NCBI GenBank assembly: GCA_965649765.1
Contig: OZ287759.1
Location: 1,550,001-1,614,000, forward strand
Reading direction: 5' to 3'
Length of the DNA: 64,000 bases
Origin: Bispira polyomma
Lineage: Eukaryota
In this document: piece after piece, positions 1 to 12,300 of the stretch
Layout of the letters: each line of letters opens with the position of its first letter
Position numbering within the stretch: the first letter of the stretch is position 1
The notes under the pieces: model-generated
Told to the model about the DNA's origin: nothing
The model's input: the letters and a program-made list of their open reading frames with translations, nothing else
The model's database searches: none
Program-made: the position numbers and the translations under genes

Positions 1-192
1 CTGCATACCATGCTTAGAAAATACAGCACCAAAAAATTGCACTTTGTCACACTTAAATAACACTTGGGTAAATTTACAGTAACACCACTTTCTAACAACT
101 TTGTTAAGACCTTGCAAACTCTCTCTTCATGGGCATCCTCATTACCACTAATGATATTGTTATCAGATATGTTAATACACTGATTAACATCC

Positions 193-1221
193 CTAATGAT
201 TTCTTCTATAATTCTGAAATATTTCAGAGGCTGATGTTATACCAAAACTGAGACGTTTTGACCAAAACAGACCAATGTGGGCAATAAAGGTTGTGATTTT
301 GCGAGAATATTTATCAAGCTCTAATTGATAGTAACCTTGTCGTAAATCTATCTTGCTAAACACAGTTGAACCCAGAAGTTTATCTTGAAAATCCTCAATG
401 GTGGGCATGGGATGATGTTCTCTAGTAATCACCTCATTTGGAATTTTTGATGTCAACACATAATCTAATGTTCTCAGGTCCTTCGGTTTTGGAACGACTT
501 CTATAGGGGATACCCATAGAGTTGGGCCCTCTACTTTCTCAATAAGATCTTGTTCTAATAACGCTATCTCCCTCTCCACTTTGGGATGATGTTCTCTAGT
601 AATCACCTCATTTGGAATTTTTGATGTCAACACATAATCTAATGTTCTCAGGACCTTCGGTTTTGGAACGACTTCTATAGGGGATACCCACAGAGTTGGG
701 CCCTCTACTTTCTCAATAAGATCTTGTTCTAATAACGCGATCTCCCTCTCCACTTTGGGCCTAGTGTGAAAGGGAATGGGCCTACATTTTGTGCCTGGCA
801 ATTTTTTATCATAGTGAATCACATACTGTTTACCTTTAATCTTACCCACACCTTTTTGCCATTCAGGGTGAGCATCCAAAAATCTTTGGATCGGGTTGTT
901 TTGAACAGAATGTACACACTGATCCCTGGCTACCTGAACCAAATTAAGCGTTTTGCAAGCGTCAAAACTCAATAAACACCCAGAGTTACCTGGAGGAACA
1001 TACACAACGTCATCATATTTTGTAACACCATTGTAACTAACATTGTATTGAAACTTTCCAACATGATTTACCACACTGCCTGCATAAGCATTCAACTTGA
1101 CATTTGTGTCAGATAATGCAGCCTTGTCTTTCAACAATTTATCAAAAGTACATATATCAATAACAGTACATGTGATTGCAGTATCTGCAACCATGAGCAA
1201 TGCAACATTGTTCATTTTCAC
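193..1221 (-). pseudogene. Gypsy pol fragment (aspartic protease + RT N-half), with frameshifts and an internal duplication
   Basis: RT motifs are visible in the ORF track. The expected RLCVD motif is out of frame and a 58-aa block is duplicated. Confidence 0.8.
408..759. repeat. 174-bp tandem duplication inside the Gypsy RT
   Basis: 408-585 and 582-759 are near-identical (offset 174), with TGGG microhomology at the junction. It appears as a repeated 58-aa peptide. Confidence 0.95.
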
Positions 1222-2035
1222 ACAAAAATGTGGGTGGTTTACTTCTAAAGTTGTCCTAACTAAACAAATACTGGTCAGGAGTCTCTGTATAACCCATGAC
1301 AGAGCCCTTGCACTTCATTCACAGCCATTCCACAACCTCGGCCACGACCTCTTAACGAGTACTGTTCACAACCTCTGTGATAACCTTGTTGGTTTTGCGG
1401 TTGGTCCGGTCTGCTTTCGGGTGGCTGACCTCTTCTGTGTTATGTCGAAGTGGTTTATCATTTCACATTGTAAGCAGGGCATGCCTGAAATCCTCCTGGG
1501 TGAGGTCCAACTGGGTGATGTCCACCACAGTTTCTGCATTTAACCTTCTTCTGTTGGGACTTTGAAAGTTGGTTGAAAAAAGTGGGTTGACCACTTGGAT
1601 TCACTGCTGTCATACAGTTTTCTGCACGCAGAACCAATTTTGTCCATAGAGCACCGGCCTTTGATTTTTCTGTTCTTGAATCAAATTACAACTCACCACC
1701 TTTGGGTTGTACTGTAGACGGCACTGTACTATATATTACTCTCCTGCAATATCTCAGTTTTCTGGTGTTTGATGTATTCCAGTATACATACACTGTTAAC
1801 TTAATAGGACTGGTTGTCTAGCCAGGATATGTCCACAAACCACGATGCTATGGTCTTCTGTGCAATCTGGTTATTGTTACTTGACCAGTGCTGCACTGTG
1901 AAAATTCGTTTTTGTGCCGATTTCAACGATTCTGGCTCTGTACATCTAGTATCTGGTGCACTAATGAATTTACAATGTCTTTCCACCCAAATGACTATTT
2001 TCTGATTCATTTAAAGGTAATACACGTTTTTTTTA

Positions 2036-2048
2036 ATCCTCGTTGCCA
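2036..2048 (-). promoter_or_regulatory. Primer binding site, probably tRNA-Ser
   Basis: The minus strand reads TGGCAACGAGGAT, 4 nt after the LTR-terminal CA. This is one mismatch from the TGGCGACGAGGAT tRNA-Ser(GCU)-type PBS. Confidence 0.6.
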
Positions 2049-2580
2049 AATATGTAATATCTAAACAAGATGGTAACCGCTAAAATCTATTTATTTTTGT
2101 AAGAGTAGTACCAATTTGGATCTAGCGATCCCACATCTTGTATGTTTACTCAACATCAAATTGTGACATTTAGTCATAGACATTGCAAATATTTAGTAGA
2201 GCGAATGTAGTAACTTCAGTGGTTTTATATTGTCATTAAGTGGGTCTATGTAATATTATATGTGTTTGCTTTTGTCTATATTACTTGAAACCATAACCTA
2301 TTGGTTCAATAGTGTGTAGTACTACAGTCGAATACTATAGCACAGGTGAACCACAGTTTTTCTGTGGTTTATAACATAATATAAAAACATATTCTACATA
2401 CAAAAAATAAACTGTATAAGGGAAATAATCACTGCCAATTGATTTTGAAAATCAAAATTTGCGATGAAAAAGTCTAAATCTATATGAATCAAGGAAGGGA
2501 GAAAAATTTGGAAAAAAAATAAAGTCTAGTACATGGCAATACAGTGCAAAGTCTCTTCAAAGAGCATTTCCACTGATACA

Positions 2581-2582
<2 letters not shown>

Positions 2583-2620
<38 letters not shown>
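2583..2620. repeat. (AT)n microsatellite
   Basis: Perfect AT run. A second run lies at 38926-38959. Confidence 0.95.
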
Positions 2621-2626
<6 letters not shown>

Positions 2627-2642
2627 TTCATAGATTTAAGCA

Positions 2643-2893
2643 GGGGGCTGGTAGTGGTTAGCAAGCATTGCACTTCACAATCACTAGTCTCTCACCTCTG
2701 GGCGGCGTGAGTTCGAATCCCGTCGATGCCTATGTGGGAAAGGTGGTAGTTCCTTCCTGTGGGCCGCTAGTTTCAGTGCAGAACCTTAACTGACTGTATA
2801 CAGTGTTTCCTCCAGCGTTTCCAACTACACATCCCAATATAACCTACTAAAAGGTACTAGAGTGGATGTTAAATATCCAAATTCAAATTCAAA
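2643..2893 (+). mobile_element. tRNA-derived SINE
   Basis: A-box-like head (GGTAGTGGTTAG), B box GTTCGAATCC and an (AAATTC)n tail. A reverse-complement copy lies at ~56745-57002. Confidence 0.8.
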
Positions 2894-3499
2894 ACGTTCT
2901 AAACATTATCAAGGCTAGGTATTTTGGAAGATTTAAAAATAAGCCCTAGAAGAACACCCCATTCTTAGACATCCTAGTCACATCCACTCAGTCTCTCCCC
3001 TAGGTTTATGTCCTGATAAGGTACAATTTGTATGGACCTTGTGTCTCCCCTGCTGTTCTCTGTTTACGTCTGTGTGAGTGCCGGGGATGTTAGATGTAAT
3101 GATCCTGAACAAGTAATGGTGTCATAAAAATATGCACGGTTTGTATCTCACTGGAAATCTTATCAAGCTTTGTCTTTCCTAGGATGCTTACTAGGGGATA
3201 TTCTTTTTTGTTCTATGATTTAACTCAATACACTTCTTTTAGACAAAGCTAAACCTGAAGTGGCATAAATTTATATTTATACATTTTATTTGCATTTTAT
3301 TGATATGAAAATCCCAGTGTCAGTGATCTTAAAATAGCAAGAAATGGAATTTTGTTTCAAAAGATATGTTTAAAATAGTCTTAATAATCTTACAGGGATA
3401 TCTTTAATAATATATTGAAATTCAAAAATGCAAACATAACTGTTAAAATGACACAACTAAGTTATTCATCAAAATTAATATGAATTTGCAGCTCCTAAA

Positions 3500-4275
3500 G
3501 AGAAAACCACAAACTAACCAAGTATAGATTTGTTATATTATCGCCAAGAAAGAACACTTCGACTCCATCATCAGAGATAACTCCCAAACTACTAAAAACT
3601 ATAGAACTCTAATAATAAAATACTCCACCTTATATTAGACATTCAGCCCTCCAATACTGTCAAGCACCTTAGTGTCATCATTGACTCAGCTTTCTCATTT
3701 GATACACACATTAGCAATATCTGTCTTTTCAGTAACTATCATATTTGTGACATCAAAAGAATCCATTTGTCACTAGATACCTCACTGTGGCTGTCTCCCT
3801 TAGTAGTAGTCGTTTGAACTACTGCATTTACTTTTTGCTTGGATCAAAAACATCTCACATATACAAGTTGCAGTCTATACAAAATTGTTTGTGTCAAGTT
3901 ATCTTTTGTCTGAGTATCCGTACTGATGTCTCTCCATACCTCAAAAAATTACATTGGCTTCCGATTTACTATCTAATTATGTTTAAAGTGCAAGTCACAA
4001 CTTTCAAAGCCGTCATTTCTCAATAGCCCTCTTACCTTACTGCTTCCCTTTCCTTCAGCAACATTGAGGGGAAATAGACTTTTTGTTTCCTCTGTTAGAC
4101 CCACCTGGAGGGTTGCTGGTCTCCCAGTTGAGCTAATATAGCTTGAAACATGATCTGGATTTAGGAAAAAAGCCTAAGCTTTGTTTTTGGACTTTTCTAT
4201 TGGTTTACTGATTCTGTTGTTGCGCTTTAGGAGATGCCTAGCATCAATAAGGCACGTTCCAAATACAATACAATA
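3500..4275 (+). mobile_element. 5'-truncated L2-clade LINE
   Basis: SRLNYC...KLQSIQN...VSPYLKKLHWLPI (ORF 3787-4026). The 3' end reads GCCTAGCATCAATAAGGCAC followed by a (CAATA)n tail. Confidence 0.8.
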
Positions 4276-7200
4276 TTTCTGCACCACAAATCACAAAAGT
4301 CAACACATCTCTAGACTTCGTCAGGAAAACTTAGAACATCCATTAACCGGACTGTGCCACAACACTTGTCTTTAAATGAAGACTAAATCAAAGCCTTTTA
4401 TGTGAACTTCCTCCCTGGCTCAGTGTGAGCAGCACGTACTAATCCAATTTGTCATAATACAACTCCATTAAATGTCACCCATACCTGACATAGATCGAGA
4501 AATCAGAAGCAAATTGGAATGAAGGTCTTCTAAGATGAGCTTCTTTTGTTAAGTATGGCAATATTAGGGGTTGTATTCACCAAAACAGGCATTATGATAG
4601 CCTTAAGTAGTTTGATGCAGACTAGTGGGATGCATATACTGTAGTGAGTGGTGTACCAGTGAGGGGAATGGTTACCTAAGGCCTATTGGACGGCCTTTTG
4701 TCAATATATTTTGTTAAATCATATAAATAGAGAAATAATTATTGATAACAAAATGATAATTAACATAAATGACAATTGAATAATTTTTTTAAATTTAATC
4801 AATATATATATATCTTATTTTGTAGGTGGTACTGTTTACATTAATACCAATTTATTTTCACTAACTTTTGAAATGTGAAAAATATGGTATTGGGTGCTGC
4901 CAATCGAATGGGGCTAGGTCTTTCACACACAGGCGACAACTCCCACTTGTATTACACTTTGCACAGGGATGTATATGGGTTGCTATGTTGATGTTCTCTG
5001 TTACTATATTTAGGGCAACCTACATGTGAACCAAGGAAAACTAGGAAATTTTTCTATTGCGAACAACTCGCATAGCAATTTAACTTGTTTTACTATTATA
5101 TGAATAATTTTATTTTCAGGACGATGGATACACACACCTGGAAGTTGGGCAAACATGATAAATTAATAATCTGGTTATGTTTGGTTTATATTTACCAGTA
5201 CCAAAAATTGTTTGAAACGTTTGTCAAAAATACCACATATTCTATAAACTTGCAAGGTAGAATAACCTATAAACAGCAAGCACAGATACTAGTCCCCATA
5301 AAACATGGCTTTAGATGCCACTGTCATTATTTTATATTGCCATCCAAAGAAGGTCGTGTAAAAAATCATGTACAATAGAAACAGAAAACATAATTCTGAT
5401 AACAATATTTCCTTAATTTATTTTGTGTGTGAGCTTTTATGAGTTGAAGATGCATGCATCCAACTTTAATTTATTTAATATACTAAATATAGTGCATTAT
5501 TAATTAATAAATTTTCAATATTTGCCATTGTGTAGATAAAATATCAATACAAGTTGAAATTTCCATTGAGAGTTACGATGAAATTTACTGGCTAAAATAG
5601 CTAAAAAATATTGCTTAAAATGTTCACTTATACAGTGCTCTACCACTTGAGTTCTGCCTAATATTTATAGAAAAACAGTTCTGTAAAAGAGGCTCATCAT
5701 TTGTAAATATTGGTAATCGGTGCTTTTCATTTTTTGTTCATAACAAAACCGGAACCAATTAAGCTGGAGCACTCAGTCAGGGTATGGATTTCTGGATATT
5801 AATTTAAAAAAAAACATGACAAATCGGGAAGCCCTTCAGTTTTAATTGAATCTGACAAATCCTGTGATCTATTGATAATTTTTGTCTGTGCGTTGTGAAA
5901 AAAGCAAGATAAATTATCTATCGTTTGTGTTGTATAAATGTAAAATTATAGCAAATAGCATATGGAGAATGCAGCTAGGTTACGGTGTTTGTACAAAATG
6001 GTGCTAAAAATAACATTGTAACTTATTGGTTTTACTGACAGTCATATTAGTAGTCGAGAGATTTTTTTCTCACACATTTTCTTACACATTTTTCTCACAC
6101 ATTTTCTGGTTCATATTAAACAAAGCTAATATTACTATATATTTGTTTATTATATAAAAGGCGAAAATGTCCGTATATACACAAACCAGGGTCAGGATTT
6201 TTCAAAACAAACCCTTAAACTGAACTCTGGTAAAGGCTATGTGGAAGTTTCTAATTAAACCAGGTCATTGGTAATCTCACTAGCTTTGCTGTATATTTTA
6301 TCCCACCCCCCCAGCCCCCATAAACCTCCAAAACTTAATTCACAAAAAAATATGGCATTGTCATTTTAAACTGTAAAGACGCTCTTTTGGTACATGCCTG
6401 ACTCTAGCAAGATCATTTTGTGGGCCTCCAATTAAAAAAAATATGCCTCTTTGCCAGTTCTAATTGAGCACTTATGGGAGGTGCTCTTTGCAATAATAGC
6501 TATTTTTTGTACCTCATTTGGAAAGACTAACAAGCTTTTGTAAGTGACTATTTGTCCCATAATTGAATACATTATTTTATCCTATGTTTGGCATATGGTT
6601 CAAAAGGTTATGCAAGATTCTATCATCGTATTTTATAGCTGATACATGCATAAACTAAACAAAGTTAGATAAGGTAGATAAGGTAGATAAGGTGTGGCAT
6701 GGCCTGATGGTTAAGCAGTTGGTCTGGTGATCAGAAGGTCCCTGATTTAACAAAAAGTTTTGGAAAGTTGGTTTAGGGATTGTAAAGTCTGTGATTCAAC
6801 TGCCACTAATGTCGCTTAGTTCATTAGTTGGGTAACATCCTTGGGCAAAATGTCAATATGCCTTTTTCTGCTGATAATAATCCAGACTATGTTGTAGGAC
6901 TATCTTTTTTGGAGACCAGGTTTCTCAGAGGATGGTATATTTAAAAAATAATCAGAATTTTTAGAACGGTAACAACTGTGGCTGGATTGAGGTGAGGGGT
7001 GACACAAAGTTTTATCTTATCTTAAAAGGAAAATTGTTTCTGAAACTTGAGCACGTTAAAGTTAAACGTCACCACTTTAAGACCTTTAAAGTTCTATTTA
7101 GGTTTAAACACAGACTACTTCTCACCATTTGCAAAACTTAACAACAATTATAGATTCAGATGTTTAAAAGTTATTTTACACTGTAAATTATCCCATTTTA

Positions 7201-7789
7201 ACTTGTTAACAGTTTTCGTCTGCCATTTATGTATACTACTGATACAATTATTACTAATAGTTATAATATAATAAATTGTAAATAAATTATTCAATAATAA
7301 TAATTATTTACTTTAAGAACATTTTAATACTTTAAGTATTTTCTAATCTTAAACATTTACTTCACTTTTTTTACAAATTGTAAAAGAGATTAAGTATATT
7401 CTTAGTTAGGTAATTGTTGTACATGACTCTGTACTTACATTTAGAACTCGCTTAATATTCTAAAGTGGAGGCTCATGCTGCACTGAAACCATCTCATTAG
7501 AAGTGTCAGCAGCCACTGAAATTCTTTGTTCCCGAATCCTCCATATAGATTGATGCTACTATTTTCTTATTTGTGGGGCTCTTCCTCTCTAAAAAGCCTC
7601 TCTAATTGGAAGTTCTAAGAGTGGATTTCAAGGAGGACCCTTTGTATCCTATTTGGAAAGGCTTTTTGTGGGTCCCCAATTGTTCTGTTATTCCGAGATT
7701 ACGCCTTCAAATTAATAAATTGGTGAGGTGAAGTTGGGAACTACGGTGGGTAAGCAAGGCTAAAAGAATATTTTTTTTCCAAAAAAAAC

Positions 7790-8950
7790 AATAAGTGTTT
7801 CAAGTGATCTCAGGTCAAACTACAAGACTGTTCTATAACAAGGGGGCTGTGATAAGAAAAGCTCTAGATCCAGCCCTCAAAATAGGTTTTACAGAAGAAA
7901 CAGCAAGTCTGTTACTTCTCTTCAGGTTTCTGCAAAGTAGGAGGGCTGTTGATTGACTTTAACCTCGAATGTGGTGACATGCATTTTTAACAAAATTATG
8001 TAGTCATTGTAGTTTTTTGAGGCATAGAATGACAAATTACCCTGCATAGACAGTTTTGAATGGCTGCAGCTTTTTAATCTGTGACTTGTTTACTTCAAAT
8101 AAAAGGGAGTTGCACACACAAAAGGAACAATAATTTTAATAGCTCGCTGTGTTTATCATGTACAATAAGATTGAATTCAGTTTTATCAGGATTTAATTTC
8201 AATTTTGAGTAGTTCATCCACGCCTGGAAGGAGAACAGACAGTTGGCAAGTAGAGTAATATTTTTTTGCTGTTGAGAGAGTGATAGACTTGAGTATCATT
8301 GGCATACATGTGATGTATTATTGTCATTAATGACAGTGCTGTGGGGATGTGTAGAGGGTAAAAAGTAGAGACCCAAGGACAGACCCATTGGGTAATTTTT
8401 TGTGCTGTAAGAGTAAGGTAAGATCTGATCCAGTCAAGCTTAAAACCTATCTCTTCAGGCTCGCCTATCCCCTGTAGTTCTCTCCCTGGACGCATCCATC
8501 CTTACGACCTGGCTATGTTTTTCGATTTTTCTATTAGCCGATTGATTTTGATGTTGCGCCTTAGGACATGCCTAACATCAATAATGTGCGTTAAAAAAGT
8601 ACAATACAATACAAGGACATTGGCATTTAGTCCGCACTATTGTTTAAGGCTTTCGCAAAGTAATACATGGTTGATAGTATGAAAGGCTGCTGAGAGATCT
8701 AAAAGGGTAAGGGCCACGGTTTTGTTGTGGTCCAAGGCAAAGTTAATATCATTAAGAGATCAGGCTAAGATTTGACACGAGGCTGTAGTTTTTGAGTTGG
8801 TTTTTGTCAAGCCCTTTTTTTTAGCAAAGGTGTAACATTAGCGTTTTTAAAGCAAGTGGGGAAAATACCATCACCGAGAGAAAAAAAATCATTATGTTGT
8901 TTATACTATGTGTGGCGAGAATTTGGTATTCGGAGAAACCTCAGCTGAAG
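7790..8950 (-). mobile_element. Decayed L2-clade LINE with a nested plus-strand L2 3' end (~8438-8614)
   Basis: HHMYANDTQVY RT motif (ORF 8214-8495). The nested piece ends in (CAATA)n. The paralog at ~42130-42150 reads CCAGTCAAGGACATTGG without interruption. Confidence 0.75.
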
Positions 8951-9360
8951 CAATATATTGTTTGTTTTTAAACAGGTATTAGCAATTTTTGTGTAGCTCA
9001 CATTTTCTCCATAAATATTCACACCCATGCTCTTTTTATGATGTGCATTAGTTGATAAATACAATTGACTTTGTCATCCATACCCCTAGGACAAGTAATC
9101 AAAGTGATATGTATGAATATGATTAAAAGTGTGTTCTATCACTAGAACTAAAAAAAAAAAAAAAAATCAGGAATTTAAATTCTACTTACTGGGCTTTTTG
9201 TCTCTCTTCACCAAACAGTAATTAGTAGTATTCCTTTAGAAGATACAATATTTTTTACTTTAATACATAGAGTTATAAAATAAGCTTTTGGTGCCCAAAC
9301 AATAGCCACAGATGGTAGTAAATGTCGTTTGGTCATACTGCCATATCATACCGCCATACT

Positions 9361-12300
9361 GGAGAAAGTATTCATCTAATTTATTATGCTCTTCACAGAA
9401 ACTTCATAGCTACCAGGCATGTTAGTATTAATTGACTTTGAGAAGGCATTCGATTCCATATCATGGTCTTTCAAGTTTAATTTTGATTGACAAATTTGTA
9501 AAATGGATCAAATTTTTTAATACTGACATCAAAGCAACTGTAATTCAATGTAGAGTCTTATCTGATTTTATGAACATCGGAGGAGAATGTAGACAAGGAA
9601 ATCCTATCTCTCCATACCTTTCTATCATAGCAGCTCAAATTTTAACAATTTTGATCACTAACAATTGTGATATATTGTGGAGACAATAATTTTAAGCTTA
9701 CAAAGTTTGCTGACGGTTTTTCACAAAACCTTAAGAAATTAAAGATATTGTAAATATGTGGAATAAAAGAACAGTTCCCAATAATATGAAGTTTGCAGAA
9801 CATGACTAGAAGTGAGTGACCTTGTAAGGTCAAAATGTATGACCTTGCCAGCCGATGTATTTTAATTTGAAGGTGAGTTTTGTGGACGTTCAAGTGTGTT
9901 GTTTAAAGTCAGTAAAAGATGGTTGAAGAATTTTATTCTATATACAAGTTAGTAATGATATCTACAGGTATAAGCTTTTAATAGAGGTAGAATTTAAAAT
10001 TTTAAAAAAGAACCCAAGCCAAACTAGGAAGATTTAGGGATAACAGAGGCAAAAGTAAGGGGTACTACGGAAACAGCCTTGTATGTTGAGTTGGGATAAG
10101 TCCACACAGCTTAGACCTCCATAAACCATGTGGCATAATGTTCTGAAGAGATACATTGTTGTTAAAGGCAAATGTTGCACCAGATCTTCTAAATGTATGG
10201 AAGCTGTGAGTTTGAGCAGGTATACCAATGTCTAATACTACTAAGGTATAATGCTAGTGTGTTATGTGAGAAGATTGACAAATCCCACTGAAATTTTAGC
10301 CATAAATTTTATGCCTGCAAGGTAATTGTTGATAACCTTGGGTGATAAATAATTTGGCAATAGGTATTCCAAGAAAGCTATGGTTTAATGAGTGGTAAAT
10401 TCAGAAACCCCTGTGAAGTAATAAAAACCTATATAGGTTATAAAGTGGTTGCTGTAAGGTGTTGCAGTAGATGGTCTCATTGCTGAGTTGATCCTATGGC
10501 AGGCTAAATTAATCAGTTGATGGGTGTAGTGGGTGGCACCTACAATCATATATGTAAATTTATATTTAAATGTTATATTGGTATTTGATGCCAGATACAT
10601 GTATTCTCAATTCCCCTAATTATTGTATCACTGGGTGGATTATCCAAATACAGTCTGGCTGTTGTGTTTACCTTGCCCTGTGTGTGTTGGATAGAAAGTG
10701 AAATGTCAAAAGCAGCAGTGATAAGTCAAATTGCCCTTAAGCAGTCCGCCAATAATGAATCCTTAGTCTTATTAGACCCGACAACCAATACAACGGCCAT
10801 GTTTTCACAGTTAACGAAAATCTGTTCATGAGCCCACTGTTTACACGAAGAGTTACAACGACATTAACCATTTCCAAGTGCACTATGGAAATATCTTAAC
10901 CGTATACATTATGACATGGGGTGGCATAAACTTGACTACCCCATATTGCCCCATTCCCGTCAAGAAGGCGTCAATGTTAACGGAGTGCTCTTGACTAGAA
11001 GCAATGGGATTCATAAATACAATGGCATTGAATTTTGGAAGGAAATTTAGAAACCATTCAATGTCACTATAAATGTTATTGTTAATCCTGAATCGACGCT
11101 CTCTGGGATTGTTCCTGAATTCCATAATGAACCTATTTATAAATGCCCTAGCAGAACGCACACACTTGTGACCCTACTGTCGGGTCTAGAAAGTTTGTCC
11201 TTGTTGATAGGTAAACCTAGCTCAGTCATTAAGTTAAATATCTCATCAAAAGCCCTGTCTGCTTCCCCCTGGGGAAAGACACATATGTAGTCATTGATAT
11301 AACAATAGACTGTATTTCCCTTCTCCCGCATGACGTCAGCTATTATATCTGAACAGCGCTGAAAAGCTGCACTGCCATGGACCCAGCCAAACGTGACGGC
11401 AGCATCAACACAGTATTTCCAATGTATACCAAATTTGATGGTATCAACTGGGTCCACCCTTAGGTTTCAAAATGCGCGTGCTACATCCAGTTTAAAGATC
11501 TGGGGGTTATCAGTTTTGTTAACAGTGTCAACTATGTTGTGAATCGTAGGGAATTTAAATGCAAAATAAACTCCATCAAAGATTTCCCTTTAGGGTAGGA
11601 TAAGTTAAGAATAACCCATCTTTTAGTAACGTCTTTAGGGCGAATTAGGATGGGTAAACAGTGGTAGTGCTTGTTTTTAATTTCTTTTACTGGGCCCAAC
11701 ATGACACCTAAATTCTTTTCATTAATTAGATATTTCCAAACTGCAGTTTCAAATTGCAGAACAGTGATGATTTCTAATTATGCTCTCATTCAGGGCGTCA
11801 GGATTTACTTGGGACATATGAAACCCGAATTTCAAGTACTGTAAATGCAGTTGATCAGGGTGGTCTTTGAGAACCTCCTCCCATTTGTCAATGTTCAAAT
11901 CTGACTTAATTGGGATACAAGCCCCTTTGTAGTTGGCTGTACTCGTTTCCTTAATTGATTTAGCTATGCTGATCATTTAATTAACTGTTGTAATTTGTAT
12001 GACGTCCTTGTCAGGACCATGAAATTGGAAGCTTGTGTCAGAAAGTGCCAAGAAACCATACTTCTTGTCAGGGTTCTTGATGTCAATAGCCCTACCCTTA
12101 CTTAATCCAGTTTCGCTGCTGTCAGCATTTCGAAGAGGAGTTCGGAGCACACATGCTCAAATGTGGGCTCACCTGCAGCAGATGTACTGCCCAAAACAAC
12201 CTGTGAATTATTAGAACATGCAATTGTGTTAGTTATAATCATTTTATCAGTAGATTTAATTAAACTGTCAATAATGTCCACAATTTGGTCACTATAAGAC

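Larger units (their letters stand above)
1..2285 (-). mobile_element. Decayed Ty3/Gypsy LTR retrotransposon (5' LTR, PBS, gag-PR-RT), runs off the window start
   Basis: The ORF at 193-1221 has a degenerate protease site (VADTA) and Gypsy RT motifs (WVSPIEVVPK, HPMPTIED, FSKIDLRQGYYQLEL, RLSFGITSASEIFQ). A PBS lies at 2036-2048. The putative LTR 2053-~2285 starts TGTAATAT and has a minus-strand AATAAA near 2089-2094; its distal end is uncertain. Confidence 0.8.

Noticed and set aside
2643-2730. tRNA gene
   Set aside because: A/B boxes are present but there is no clean cloverleaf, and the sequence continues into a body and tail shared with 56745-57002, so it is a SINE head.
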